This document shows, one piece after another, positions 41,301 to 51,900 of a stretch of 64,000 nt of DNA (positions are counted from its first letter, which is position 1; every line of letters starts with the position of its first letter). Origin of the DNA: Ostreococcus lucimarinus. Its lineage: Eukaryota. Location: the NCBI GenBank assembly GCA_000092065.1, contig CP000593.1; one strand, 5' to 3'. A model generated the notes under the pieces. The model searched no databases. It was not told where the DNA came from and worked only from the letters and a program-made list of their open reading frames with translations. Position numbers and translations under genes: made by a program.

Positions 41301-41508
41301 CCATCGCGTCCATCCCGCGCGCCGCGCTCGCCCCGATCGCGACCACGGTCACCATCGTCTCCCCCCCGCTGCCGAGCGTGACGCACAGCGCCGGCGCGAG
41401 CGCCGTCAGCGCGCGCGTCGAGTGTCCCCAACGACATCCCGCGCGTCGTCGCGTCGCCTCCTCGCGCGCCCCCGTCGCGCGCTCGCGCCCGCGTCCGCGC
41501 GCGCGCAT
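38338..41508 (-). CDS. large polytopic integral membrane protein (more than 20 predicted TM helices), family unassigned
   Basis: A continuous ORF of 1142 aa, mostly hydrophobic helical segments with short loops. No motif was recognised. The first 90-140 codons, to 41766, are an Arg-rich low-complexity extension that may not be coding. Confidence 0.5.
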   Translation of the reverse strand: MRARGRGRERATGAREEATRRRAGCRWGHSTRALTALAPALCVTLGSGGETMVTVVAIGASAARGMDAMGNGEGALGAIWTTATAALGTLLTRGSWRTSATVGTSCALLAVNGVNLFLFCSWCTLQFRWIHESHAGAAATCERLIFALCPPTTTTILTWAFASASAGAERAAFYGSVVSLITHRMFLFPCASACAAVTKTNGPPSDKRSALTESDAEYATVATLGLPVALYLWTNLDTLFKSLDHVFACGALVTVPVLYLIAAGTEKSLWWRARGVDVASKRMETAVLLFALTGFAVSVEGGIIFSEFAEYIEIMAPLNYIMVTVSVHSALAVFAACYANAVGDGVPTGAVKATLALSTSTAICALGAPLWMIPIPIAGSSSFVKYYYEDREPKDYGVFAASCVGCFSWFLSKNFWSLDVRVGAFDVKQLCVAILLLAVAALALPAVLNTKSARAPTVGVLVVCYVSALATIEQILSQATHDDDSLIYPPYLVIVTSISGFLASRGLVISGRISREFGWVMQSVCGAKLSMLFVRGLKEMFSVLVVVLAITAPHAMSRRMTQLSPGASVGYCVALVFSLVFARFAMFDVIFELSGHRPTDATLFGGLLLITGASLASVVTRQSYGDDMFSKRLMMLLSFCGVFLITFRPPMPWKGEVGMWYDAEHVPDSEEDEARMYGVRENAHHGWPSWLLMLAALTAIFAVSSPRQQTKSTSTIRIALSAVCGGSVGLYMALEFFVQQVALTALLFVACALVGVFLSFTYSPSPKSSRWLPYVYLSFVSVLGLAYVTQMGGSDETVDDHQARMEGKFGVVGVFAGTSLQIAFALKLRIKTSLESVQHRRRQGGTSPFLPATGRSRPEYFRGVASRNEHRELKAKAIAWMPIIGNIATLTSFLACVVLSDELADGSAFSVFVLAPILLLLHQDSVIFPILEDSQRYAPPLAMIVGKMCWDAVAAILAGPNRVHVLAATASKLPWMTLNALSLLLASVNSINLVHYLATSVRTDGMTLILTAPLAVVAPFLSKIPSVRALAFTSLIAVVTQHTLQRRAKIVGLKYL

Positions 41509-41792
41509 CCCGGACGCGCGCGCGCGTCGTTTCCTCGCCCGATTCGCGCGCGTCGTCACCGCATCGCCGCCGCGCGTCGCTCGATGGCGTCGTTCGTCGT
41601 CCGTCCGACCGCCCGCGCGCCCGCGCCGCCCGCGCTCGCGCCTTCCGTTCGACGAGACCGTCCGATTGAGACCGTCCTCGCGCGCGCGCCCTCGCGCGCG
41701 CGCCCTCCGCGCGCGCGCCGCGCCGCGCGGACCCCGAACGCGCGCGGACGCGACGCGTCGCGACACAACGCGACGACGCGAAGCACGACGCG

Positions 41793-42221
41793 ATGGCGAC
41801 GCCGCGCGCGATGACGATGACGCGCTCGCGCGCGCTCGTCGCGACGCGCGTGACGACGCGAAGAGGGACGGCGACGACGCGACGCGCGCGCGCGACGCGC
41901 CCGAAGATCGAAAGCCTCGGTGGGTTCGGGCCGAACATCGACGCGAAGGAGATTCAACGACGCATGGCGGAGAAGCAGCGAAAGATCGACGAGAACAAGC
42001 GCAAGGCGCGGGGCGCGAAGGAGGCGTCGACCGCGTTCGGGGCGCGAAGGGAGTTTCAGAGGACGATCTCGAGCGCGAGACCGTCGCGCGCGGGACGGAC
42101 GATGCCGGGGGGCGGCGTCGCCGCGGGGACGACGTCGAGCAAGACGAAGACGACGAGCGGGAAGGGCGGGAAGGGCGGGAAGGAGGAGGCGCCGAAGAAG
42201 AAACTGTTCGGATTGTTTTGA
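41793..42221 (+). CDS. hypothetical small basic protein (weak call)
   Basis: A non-repetitive Lys-rich ORF, ...KKKLFGLF, lying in a GC-rich spacer. It could instead be UTR. Confidence 0.2.
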   Translation: MATPRAMTMTRSRALVATRVTTRRGTATTRRARATRPKIESLGGFGPNIDAKEIQRRMAEKQRKIDENKRKARGAKEASTAFGARREFQRTISSARPSRAGRTMPGGGVAAGTTSSKTKTTSGKGGKGGKEEAPKKKLFGLF

Positions 42222-42742
42222 GCGACGACGACGGGCGCGAGTTTGTAACGAACGAGTCATTCTAATCGCTCGCGAGTCGACGCGACGACGCGAATGCGCG
42301 CGCGCGTCGACGCCACAATTCGACGACGTCTCGACGCGACGTCTCGACGCGATCGCGCGATCGCGATCGGTCGACGGCGAGAACGCGACGACGGCGCGAT
42401 CGCCGACGCGCGATCGGGCGTGAGTCGTCGCGACGGGCGCGCGGGGCGACGACGACCGACAACACGTGGCGCGATCGACGGTCGACGACGACGCGATGAG
42501 CGCGCAGGCGACGCGAGATCAGCTGCGGACGGCGTTCGCGGAGTTAGAGTGCGTCGCGCGATGCGATGGGATGGGATTCGAGCGACGCGAGCGACGCGAC
42601 GAGACGGAATACGCGCGAGGGACGGGACTGACGGAGCGAGCTCGCGACGCGTCGGCGCAGGGACGGATTCAAGCGTAAGGACGTTCTCGAGAGCCGCGAG
42701 ACGTCGGTGTCGAGCGGACACTTGAAAAAGTTGACCAATAAA

Positions 42743-43378
42743 ATGGCGGAGAGTAAAAAGCTGATCAAGGAGTTTGAGAGACGGGCGCTGAGCGAAGGGG
42801 CCATGGACGCGAACGCGTTGGCGGCGGCGAAGAAGGAATACGTGTCGAGGTTGAACAAGTTTGTGCAGATGAAGAAGGAGGCGCAGATTGCGATCGCGGA
42901 GAAACAAGAAGAGAGGAAGAGCGAGGTTGGTAGTCAGGGCGGGGAAGCGAGCACGTCGGGAGGGGTGACGACGTCGACGACGGCTACGTCGACGGCGTTT
43001 ACGTTGCCGGCGTTCCGGCCAAAGCCAAAGGGGGAGATTGTAGAGGATGAGCAGTTGCAACTCATGGAGGCTGGGGATTTGATTGATCACGGTAGGAACG
43101 TCATGGACCAAACGGATAAGAGCATCATGCGAAGCGAAGCGGTGGTTGAGGAGACGATTCAAATAGGGACGCAAACCGCCGAGGCGTTGCGCGGGCAGAC
43201 AAAACAACTGGAGAAAATCGTAGATGATCTCGATGAAATCCACTTTTCGTTGAAAAAGTCGTTTGGCGTGCTGAAGGACATCACCCGTGGGTTAGCGACG
43301 GATAAGTGCATCATGCTCTTGCTCTTTTTGGTCGTCGTCGGCGTAGTTGTGGTCATCATTACGAGGTTCGTGAAGTAG
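42743..43378 (+). CDS. Qb-SNARE (NPSN/novel plant SNARE-like), tail-anchored
   Basis: The C-terminal SNARE heptad TIQIGTQTAEALRGQTKQLEKIVDDLDEIHFSLKKSFGVLKDITRG carries a central Gln and is followed by the TM anchor IMLLLFLVVVGVVVVII. There is an N-terminal coiled coil. Confidence 0.7.
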   Translation: MAESKKLIKEFERRALSEGAMDANALAAAKKEYVSRLNKFVQMKKEAQIAIAEKQEERKSEVGSQGGEASTSGGVTTSTTATSTAFTLPAFRPKPKGEIVEDEQLQLMEAGDLIDHGRNVMDQTDKSIMRSEAVVEETIQIGTQTAEALRGQTKQLEKIVDDLDEIHFSLKKSFGVLKDITRGLATDKCIMLLLFLVVVGVVVVIITRFVK

Positions 43379-43608
43379 CGCGTATCTAAATAAAAGAAGT
43401 TTCGCATCTTAAACATCGCGCGTCTACTTCATCGTCATCAGTTTAATTGCTGAAATTAAAAATTGGATATTCTTTCGCTCGGTAGCGTCGTCGTCGTCGT
43501 CGTCGTCATCTCGCAATCATCCCAGACCGCGGTTGTCATCCTTCGTCGTCGCCAGCGTCGTTTTTCCGAGCTCCATCGTTGTACAGTACAGTATGCTAGA
43601 ACATTCGT

Positions 43609-45486
43609 TTAGTTTTCGCGCATCGAATCAGGTTCAAAGTCGGCATCATCGTCGTCATCCTCTTCTGGCGCATCCGCAGCATCGACGAGCGCTCGAGACC
43701 ATCTCGCGAGATTTTCGCCGCGGTGGTCGTCGTCGCTATCGGTGCTCGCTTCGTCTTCATCGTCTTCATCCGTATCTTCTTCTTCCTCGTCATCTTCTTC
43801 GTCAAATCCCCAAGCGTCGTGTTCATCGCGCATGGGAGGGGTGCCGAGATGCACTCCACCATCACCAGCTTCGAAGACGCGCACGTGATTGTCTATACCG
43901 CAGCACACGATGGTCGGCAAGTGCGGGTGCGGCAAAACGGTGTTCACCACCTGACTGTCTGCTTGCATTTTGCACACGAGCTCGCACGTATCTTTGTGCC
44001 AGACGTATACGTTGCCATCGTCACCACCCGTCGTGACGTACTCATCGTCGCACATAAAAGCGACACCCTTTAAGAAGGTTTTCACATTTCTGCGTCCGAC
44101 GTACCTCTTCGCCGCCTGATGCGTGATCGGCATTTCCCACGGCACGGAGAACGACTTAAAAATACGTTCCTCAGAATTGATATTCGCCGCCGCTCGGCGA
44201 GTGTCCAACAGGTACACGTCGTCGCCTTTGCAGTTAATCGCGAGTTCGCCCTTGGACGAGTAAGCCAGGCCAGATATACCCTCAAAGCCCGGGCTTCGCA
44301 CGCCTCGACCGAGCTCGAGCGGACTGAGCATCATGACGCACGGAATGTCGTGATTCATCGAAGGCCGAGGCGATCTCAGAAACATCGGTTGACCCGTGGG
44401 CGACGTGCTCGGACTCGGTGCCGCTGGACATTCGCGCGCCGCTTCTCGCCGGTTACTCTTGACGTGTCTGAGATCAAACACGCGCACGTGAGGATCGTCC
44501 GAGCACGCGGCGAACGTCGTAGGCGCCGTCGGGTCGAACACGATTTCCGACGTCGGCCCGCACGCGCTCAAATCGACGACGATTTCGTGTGAGTTTCCTT
44601 CGAAACCACCGTGACTTTGCCTCAAGTCGAACAAACGAACGCGACCGTCTTGATGGCACGACAAAAACGTATTCGGTTCGTTCGGCACGAACGTCATGCC
44701 GAACCCCATCCCCGCGCCTCGACCGTGCCAGAGCGAGCGACTGCACTCGGAATTCGGTTGATTCGCCCCGCGCAGGCGATAACCGTAATGCGCGGGCGCG
44801 GGCCCTCGAAACCCACGCTCTAAATCCACCAACCGCACGTCTCCATCCGCGGACGTCGTGACGCAGTACGCGCTGTTCGATTGCGGCACGAATTCGCTCG
44901 CGAAGACGTTGTGCGTGTGCCCCGTGAACGCCGACCCCTTCAGCGGCATCTTCGCCCCGCACCCCCACACGCACACCGTCATATCATCGCTCCCAGAGAT
45001 CAACAGCGACGCATCGTCGTTCCAACTCACGCAATTCACGCACCCACCGTGCTTCTCCAGCGTCTCCCTCAGCCTCAATTCCTCCACGAAGCGCTTATTC
45101 GAGCACCGCAGCGCCGTCGCCCCCGTCTTCGCGCTCGCCGCGCCTCCCCGTCGCTCCCCGATCTGCCGCTCTCTGCACCACTGCCGTCGCTGCGCGTCGG
45201 CGAATATATTTCGACTCCGTCGCGCGAATCCTCCCGCGCCGTCCTCGTCCATCCGCGTCGTTCGCGTCGTCGTCGCCGCCCCGTCGTCGCGCGCCGCCTC
45301 CGCGCCTCGTCCCGCGCCGTCTTCGTCCTCGTCCCGCGCCGTCTTCGTCCGCGCTCTGGCGCGCGCGCTTCTCGCGCCGTCGTCCATCGACGTTCGCCTC
45401 GTCGCCTCGTCCCGTCGTCCCGTCGTCCCGTCGTCGCGCGTCGTCGCGCGTCCGTCCGTCCGTCCGTCCGTCCGTCCGTCAACCAC
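43609..45486 (-). CDS. DCAF8/WDR42-like WD40 repeat protein (DDB1-CUL4 associated factor-like)
   Basis: VEELRLRETLEKHGGCVNCVSWNDDASLLISGSDDMTVCVWG is the first of several WD repeats. The C-terminal tail is acidic (EEDDEEEEDTDEDDEDE). The N-terminus reads through the (TCCG)n repeat (DGRTDGRTDGR), so the true start is probably downstream of 45486. Confidence 0.6.
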   Translation of the reverse strand: MVDGRTDGRTDGRATTRDDGTTGRRDEATRRTSMDDGARSARARARTKTARDEDEDGAGRGAEAARDDGAATTTRTTRMDEDGAGGFARRSRNIFADAQRRQWCRERQIGERRGGAASAKTGATALRCSNKRFVEELRLRETLEKHGGCVNCVSWNDDASLLISGSDDMTVCVWGCGAKMPLKGSAFTGHTHNVFASEFVPQSNSAYCVTTSADGDVRLVDLERGFRGPAPAHYGYRLRGANQPNSECSRSLWHGRGAGMGFGMTFVPNEPNTFLSCHQDGRVRLFDLRQSHGGFEGNSHEIVVDLSACGPTSEIVFDPTAPTTFAACSDDPHVRVFDLRHVKSNRREAARECPAAPSPSTSPTGQPMFLRSPRPSMNHDIPCVMMLSPLELGRGVRSPGFEGISGLAYSSKGELAINCKGDDVYLLDTRRAAANINSEERIFKSFSVPWEMPITHQAAKRYVGRRNVKTFLKGVAFMCDDEYVTTGGDDGNVYVWHKDTCELVCKMQADSQVVNTVLPHPHLPTIVCCGIDNHVRVFEAGDGGVHLGTPPMRDEHDAWGFDEEDDEEEEDTDEDDEDEASTDSDDDHRGENLARWSRALVDAADAPEEDDDDDADFEPDSMREN

Positions 45487-45487
45487 C
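45462..45487. repeat. (TCCG)6 tetranucleotide repeat
   Basis: gtccgtccgtccgtccgtccgtccgtc, read directly from the sequence. Confidence 0.9.
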
Positions 45488-45684
45488 GCGTCCGTCGCCC
45501 CGTCGGTCCTTCGTCGGTCGCCTCGCGTCGCGCCTCGCGTCGCGGCCGACGGTCCGCGTCAGCGCGCGCGTCGCGATCGCCCGGCCGACGCGCGCCGCCG
45601 ACTGCCGCGCGTCGCGCGCGTCCGCGTCCGCGTCGCGCGCGCTGACGCGGCCCGTCGGCCGGCGACCGCGCTGGACGTCGCCAC

Positions 45685-45812
45685 ACGAGGGTGTTTTTCG
45701 TCCGGGATCGCCATACGAGGGTATTTTTCGTCCGGGATCGCCACACGAGGGTGTTTTTCGTCCGTCCGGGATCGCCATACGAGGGTTGTTTTTCGTCGAG
45801 TCGGCGCGGGAC
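45685..45812. repeat. four tandem copies of an imperfect 33-bp unit (cgccaYacgagggtRtttttcgtccgggat) in the divergent promoter region between the DCAF8-like gene and BRF1
   Basis: Read directly from the sequence. The unit ends about 110 bp upstream of the BRF1 ATG. A 9-mer (gcgaggtgc) x3 follows at 45885..45911. Confidence 0.85.
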
Positions 45813-45922
45813 GATTGGGCGACGAGGATTGGGCTCGCGACGCGCGACGACGGGAGAGGACGGCGCGGTGCGCGCGGGACGCGAGGTGCGCGAGGTGCGC
45901 GAGGTGCGCGGTGCGGCGCGCG

Positions 45923-48199
45923 ATGGTGCACCGGTGGTGCGAGACGTGCGGGAAACGGGTCGCGGCGGAGACGAACGAGGCGAACGGGTTCACGTGCTGC
46001 ACGACGTGCGGGAAGATTTTAGACGAGCGCGCGGCGTTCAGCGCGGACGCGACGTTCGTGAAGAACGCGCAGGGAGCGTCCGTGCCGGATGGACACTACG
46101 TGCCGGAGAGCGGGGTGGCGCACGGGGTGATACGGGCGACGCGAGGCGGAAGACTGTACGGCGTGCAGTTGGACTCGCACGAGCGCACGCTGTATCGAGG
46201 GAAGCTGGAGATTAAACAGTTGGCGGATCGGTTGGGGATACGACCGAGGGAGGACGTCGTGGACGCGGCGCATCGGCTGTATAAGCTCGCGGTGCAGAGA
46301 AATTTTACGCGAGGGCGAAGGATTTCGCAAGTGGCGGGGGCGTGCATGTACATCATCTGTCGACAGGAATCGAGACCGTACATGTTGATTGATTTCGCGG
46401 ATATTTTACAGACGAACGTGTACGTTTTGGGGGGCGTGTTCTTACAGTTGTGTCGGTTGTTGCGACTGGAGCAGCATCCGCTCATGCAAAAGCCGATCGA
46501 TCCGAGTCTGTTCATTCATCGATTCGCGGACAAGTTGAACTTGGGACGACGGATGCACACCGTGGCGAACACGGCGCTGCGGCTCGTGGCGTCCATGAAG
46601 CGGGATTGGATGCAGACTGGTCGTCGTCCGAATGGAATTTGTGGTGCCGCGTTGTGGGTCGCCGCTCAAATTCATGGATTCAGTCCGAGCAAGCGCGATG
46701 TCGTGGCTGTGGTGCACGTCGGCGAATCGACGCTGAAGAAGCGTCTGAGCGAATTCGAAAACACGCCGAGCGCGGCGCTGTCGATCGAGGAGTTTGACAC
46801 GCAAGCTCGCACGTTTGAGGCTGAAGAAGAAGCGAATAAAAACACAAAATCGCTAGCGTCGAGCCCAATGTCGGTGCTGAGCTGTGTGCACAAAGACAAC
46901 GAAAACATTCCGCACTTTGCGCACGGAATGTGTCGCGCGTGTTACGTGGATTACGTTAGAATTTCGGGGGGTTCGGTGGGAGGCGCCGATCCGCCCGCGT
47001 TCATGCGCGCAGAAGCGAAGCGGAAAATCGATGCAAAACAAAAGCTTTTGTTGCCCGCGCTGTCGTCGGGCGAATTGGGAGACGAAGACGCGTTGACGCA
47101 AGAATTTAACTCGGCGCTCGAGCAAGACTTGAGCGCGCTGCTCGCGTCGCCTACGCCGTTGAATTCAGTTCAGCCCTTGGCCTTACCTTGCTCGTCGAAA
47201 CGCGCGACTTCGGCGAGGAATATGACGAAAAAGGGGCAAAAGCAGCAACAGCAACATCACGTTCAAACTAGTCGCCGCGAGCCGGTCGACGCTGATTTCT
47301 TGAGACGCGCCGAGGACGCCCTGCGCCTGCTCGTCGGATCTCGATGGGCCGAACTCGTTTGCTTACCGTTTACAAGCGATCTCTCCAAGGCGCGACTGTC
47401 GAAGATGCATATGTGTGAGCTCCATCCAAACTACGAAACCTTTGTGAACAACGAAGGTGAACGCATCGCGCAAGTGGACGCGCTGGTCTTACACTTTTTA
47501 ATAGCCGCGAAGTGTTTCGACGATTCAGCTCTGGCGCAGTTGGCAAAGCATTCGCCGCACGACGTCGAGGCTTTCCAAACGACGCCGTTCGATCCATCGC
47601 AAACGTCATCGAAGGCCGCGCTTGCGGTCGTTGAAAGCGACGGTCTCGTCGCCAAGGAGGATAACGAAGTCATCGATACGCTCTCGGACGTTGACGACGA
47701 TGAAATCGATTCGTACATTCACAACGAAAACGAAGTCAACCTTCGTCGTTTGGTTTGGTCTGAGATGAACAAGGAGTACTTGGAATTCCAAGCCTTGAAA
47801 GAGCAAGCCGCCAGCCGCACGAGCGCGCCGACGAAAAAGAAGCATAGAAAAGCCCCCGACACGCTGCCCGCGGAGACTCCCGCGGAAGCTGCGCGTCAAG
47901 TCTTAGCTAAAAAGAAGGGCAGCTCGAAAATCAACTACGAAGCGTTGGAAAATCTCTTCAAAGTTTCTGATGGTTCGCAGCCGCCTCCGAACTCAAAAGC
48001 GACGTCTGACGTCGAAAATGACGCTTCTCCGACAAAGTCTCCTCGCACGAGACGCGCGCGTCCCGCAGGCTTACCCTCGAGCGCTCCGATGTCGACGAAA
48101 TCAACCGCCAAGCGTCGCGGCTCGAGCGTCTCGACGCACGCGCCGTCGTCCGCGCGTCCGAGCGGTCTCGCGAAGAAGCCATCGGCGAAGAAAAAGTGA
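45923..48199 (+). CDS. BRF1: TFIIIB subunit BRF1 (TFIIB-related factor)
   Basis: N-terminal zinc ribbon CETCGKRVAAETNEANGFTCCTTCGKIL, two cyclin-fold repeats (ISQVAGACMYIICRQESRPYMLIDFAD and NGICGAALWVAAQIHGF), and a long BRF-type C-terminal extension. The track ORF 44858..48199 is over-extended across the promoter repeats and the opposite-strand gene. Confidence 0.8.
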   Translation: MVHRWCETCGKRVAAETNEANGFTCCTTCGKILDERAAFSADATFVKNAQGASVPDGHYVPESGVAHGVIRATRGGRLYGVQLDSHERTLYRGKLEIKQLADRLGIRPREDVVDAAHRLYKLAVQRNFTRGRRISQVAGACMYIICRQESRPYMLIDFADILQTNVYVLGGVFLQLCRLLRLEQHPLMQKPIDPSLFIHRFADKLNLGRRMHTVANTALRLVASMKRDWMQTGRRPNGICGAALWVAAQIHGFSPSKRDVVAVVHVGESTLKKRLSEFENTPSAALSIEEFDTQARTFEAEEEANKNTKSLASSPMSVLSCVHKDNENIPHFAHGMCRACYVDYVRISGGSVGGADPPAFMRAEAKRKIDAKQKLLLPALSSGELGDEDALTQEFNSALEQDLSALLASPTPLNSVQPLALPCSSKRATSARNMTKKGQKQQQQHHVQTSRREPVDADFLRRAEDALRLLVGSRWAELVCLPFTSDLSKARLSKMHMCELHPNYETFVNNEGERIAQVDALVLHFLIAAKCFDDSALAQLAKHSPHDVEAFQTTPFDPSQTSSKAALAVVESDGLVAKEDNEVIDTLSDVDDDEIDSYIHNENEVNLRRLVWSEMNKEYLEFQALKEQAASRTSAPTKKKHRKAPDTLPAETPAEAARQVLAKKKGSSKINYEALENLFKVSDGSQPPPNSKATSDVENDASPTKSPRTRRARPAGLPSSAPMSTKSTAKRRGSSVSTHAPSSARPSGLAKKPSAKKK

Positions 48200-48476
48200 A
48201 GCACGAGATGATCGTTCATTACCATTCCTGCACGTCGCCTCGCTCATTGTTGTTTGTATTCATCATGTACTGTACATTACATTAATTATTCGCCCACCGC
48301 CAGCCGCCAGCCGCGCCAACCGCGCCGGCGCGCTGCATTTCGCATTTCGCATTCCGCATTTCGCGTTCGTTTCATTGACGCGCGCTCAACATCGCCGTCT
48401 CATCGCCCCGAGCACCATCACGTTCACGAACGACGACGCGTAACACATCGACGAACACCACACGCCGACGCGCGCG

Positions 48477-48899
48477 ATGTCGTCCGCCAAGGTGCAGTTC
48501 ATGATCACGAACGCCATGCGCGCGATTTTGGTTGATGATTTGGATTATCTCGACGCCGAAGTCGACGTGATGCGACCCGAGATCGCGGCACAGCTCATCG
48601 AAACGCGAACGAAACGACCGTTTGGCGATCGCCCGATGCCGGAGGCGTGGAAACGAGGAGGGAACATGCCGCAGAGACGAGGGGGAGGGGCGCTGTCGAA
48701 TAATCTGGTAAAGCTGTTCCTCGCCGGCGTCTGTTGCCTGGGCGCGGCGGTGATGAGCGGGAGAGTGTCCGTGGGAACTCTTCTCGGTGGGGCGCCGCTG
48801 GGGAGGAAACCGTTGAAGAAACTTTCGAGCGAGATGAAGTCGACGAAGAAGCGGAAGAGTTCGTCGAAAAAGCGAAGAAAAAAAACGGCGGCGGCGTAA
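48477..48899 (+). CDS. hypothetical small protein with a Lys-rich C-terminus
   Basis: Ordinary composition and one hydrophobic Gly-rich segment (LFLAGVCCLGAAVMSG). No motif was recognised. Confidence 0.3.
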   Translation: MSSAKVQFMITNAMRAILVDDLDYLDAEVDVMRPEIAAQLIETRTKRPFGDRPMPEAWKRGGNMPQRRGGGALSNNLVKLFLAGVCCLGAAVMSGRVSVGTLLGGAPLGRKPLKKLSSEMKSTKKRKSSSKKRRKKTAAA

Positions 48900-48949
48900 C
48901 GCGCAACGCGACTCGGGAAGGAAGTTGTTATATTAAACGTAGCATATAT

Positions 48950-51900
48950 CTAAATGTATCCTCGTCGATACGCCTGAATCGCGCCAACCATGATGAACAC
49001 GCTACCTTCACTCCAAACGTACCAGATGGCGATGATGGACCATATGATGGCTCGGCGTATGAAAGGAAGCGCGTCTTGCATCGTCGGCATGGCGGTGATG
49101 GTGTCGCGATAAGACGCGAACAAAATGTCCCTAGCGAAAATGAACAGCATGAGTTGATCCCAACCCACGGTACCGATGACGGATCCCGCGAGAATACCGA
49201 GCACCTTGTATCTAAAAGCGTCGTCCGGCATCGATACGAGTTGGAGCTTCTTGTTCAACCATGGGATGACTTCGAACGCGCACACGAAGGCGCCGATGAC
49301 CATAGACGCCATCGATCCCATGAGAGATTTGTTCTCCATCGCACCGAGCATGAACGGACGTCCTTTGTAGTTGACGAGCATGACACATACTCGCTGCACG
49401 GTGTCAACGAGGAACACGACGGTGTTCAGCAAGCACGGTTCAAAAGGCGGTCCCTGTTCCCAGAAGCTTCGCTGCGTTTCGTTCGCTGCTTTTTTAACCT
49501 CCTGACTCACCACAGCCACCTTTTCAGCAGTAGGGAAAGCAAGCTCTTCCCCAGTCACGGACTTAACAAGATGTACAGCGTAAACCATGGCGGCGAGGTG
49601 GATGACGAGTTGGCCAAAGAGGGACAAAAAGTTTGCCGGGTGGAAAATCGAGCGGAGAGGACGAACCTCGCTCAACGTGTGGACCGGTGTTGCGTACGAA
49701 AACGCAAGCCCGGCTACCGTGAGCGCGGTTCCAGCCGCCATCATTTGACTTTCGCTGTTGCGAACACCGTCCAAGTACAACACGGATAGAGAGTACGCGG
49801 AAATCAGGCAACTCAACATCAACACTTGCTGCATTTGAATGGCAGAGACGAGCGTGCATCGACCTTGACGGATGATATCAGCCGTGGCTTTAATGCTCGG
49901 GGCTCTGCTCGTGAAAGGTGCAGCCATGGAGGCGTCACCAAGCTTAACTTTCGGCACTTCCCCGTCCGTCTCTTCCAACTCTGCAAACACTTGCTGCAGC
50001 GACTGCCCAGTCCCAGCAACCTTTGATCTGGCAGCTTGTCTACGCTTTGCCTCTTGTACTAGTCGTTGCGTCGCCACTTTCATGGCGTTCAATTGAGCCC
50101 ACTTTTCTCCAGCTTCTAAGCGAACCTTCAACTCCTCTTCGTACCATTGAGTTTGAAGTACTTGTAATTCTGCACGGTCTGCCGCCTGCGCGAGCTTTTC
50201 CTTTTCCTTGTCCGCCTTTATCTTTTCGGCTTGCTCCTTGACGCGGGCCATCTTTTCGGCGAAAGTTTCCGTCTTTGTGGCAATTGTAGCGGCACCTTCC
50301 TGCTTCTTCGTGTTTGCACTACCAAATCCGCTCAACAAGGCGACGCCGACGTGCGCTTGCTTGAGTGCGCCGACATCGTTTGCGCCATCGCCGCACATCA
50401 GGGTATGTTTTCCTTGCGTCTTCAAACGTTTTAGAACTCTCTCCTTGTCGTCAGGAGACATACGAGCGTAAATGCTAATTTGATCCAGGTTATCCCAAAG
50501 TGTACCGGAAGCCGTGAGAGCGACGTTCAGGCTTTTACCGGTGACGCACAAACTGTACTCTTTCGCAAGTTCGCGAATGGATGTTTCTTCGTATGGGAAA
50601 ACTTTCATAGGCTTCATGTGCTCATCAACTCGAGCGCTCTGCCACTCCAATTTATCCAACTGGTCACGTGCTAATATCAACGCTCCATCGAGACCACCTC
50701 GAGCGATCCCAACTTCGTTACCGACGTGTAACGCCGTGAGCGTTGCGTCGCCTGTCGCCATCATCACATTATTAGAACTCGCCTGTAGTGCGTGAATGAT
50801 CTCAGCAGAGTCAGCGCGGACCTTGCAAGCGAACGCAAAAAATCCATCAAACACGAGATCTGATTCCGCTTCATCCCGAGTCAAAGGTGTGGACTGGGAG
50901 CCAACTCGAGCGCTCTCTTCGGCGCTCAATTCCTTGTGCGCCAGAGCAATCACTCTCATACCTTGCTCGGCCAAGCCGCGGTACGCGGCATCATAACCTT
51001 GCGGAACGTTCTTCAACAGTGATTTGATCATCTCTGGAGAACCCTTCACCAAAGACCATCGACTAACGGTTGAATTACTCGAGACGTCTGCAATGACGCT
51101 CATTCGCTGCAATGCTGACGCAAAGTGATTGCGCACCAAAATCTTCACAGAAGTGTTCTCAGCGCCAGTCCACGATCGAGTAATCTTATCATCAAGTTTT
51201 GGCGTTCCTAAGTGAGTGGCGGGATCGTACTTCCATTTGATTCCCAAAAGAGCAGCCTTTTCGAGAGGGTCGCCAAACGTTTTTCCGTCGATTTCAAGCA
51301 GTGCGTGACAACCACCGATGACAATGGATACGTTCTTGTCCGCTTCTACGGGTTGTTTAAGCGGAGCGCCCTTGGTCAAATCACTTAGGACTCCCTCGGC
51401 AACGAGACGGTCGCTCGTGATGGTGCCAGTCTTGTCGAATAAGCAGCAGTCCACCTTACCGGCGACGGGAACGCGGAACGGCTCTGTGCAGTAAACGGAA
51501 GCTTTCACCAAAGCAATGAGAGCCGTGTTTACCGCCATCGCTGTTTGCATCGGAAGATCCGGAGGCACAACACTTGTGACGATCATAATGCATCGCAGGA
51601 TGAGTTCATACTGACTCCGTTTCCCATCTGCAATGCCTTTGACGTAAACGTTGTAACTCGCCGCTAAAGCAAAGATGAGGAGAATGAAGAGTAAAACGAG
51701 CGTTTCCTTTGTGTCTCCAGTGACTTGCTCACTGCTAAATTCCATCATACGCATCAATTTACCTTGCGTAGACGCGAAACCCGTTTGAAGGACGTAGCAC
51801 AAGCATCCGCCATCCGGCGTGGTCACTTGGAGCGCCGACGATTCGCTTTCTGTCTTTGAGGTGTGTTGCATCAACGTCGTGCCGCTGTAGAGAATGTGTA

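Noticed and set aside
41003-43243. ORFs 41003..41938-, 41138..42265+, 41556..42260- and 42257..43243-
   Set aside because: They are Arg-rich low-complexity readings of the spacer and N-terminal region. Only the SNARE gene and possibly the small 41793..42221 ORF look protein-like.
48734-49789. A 351-aa ORF antisense to the 3' end of the P5A-ATPase
   Set aside because: It is antisense to a gene with unambiguous P-type ATPase motifs.
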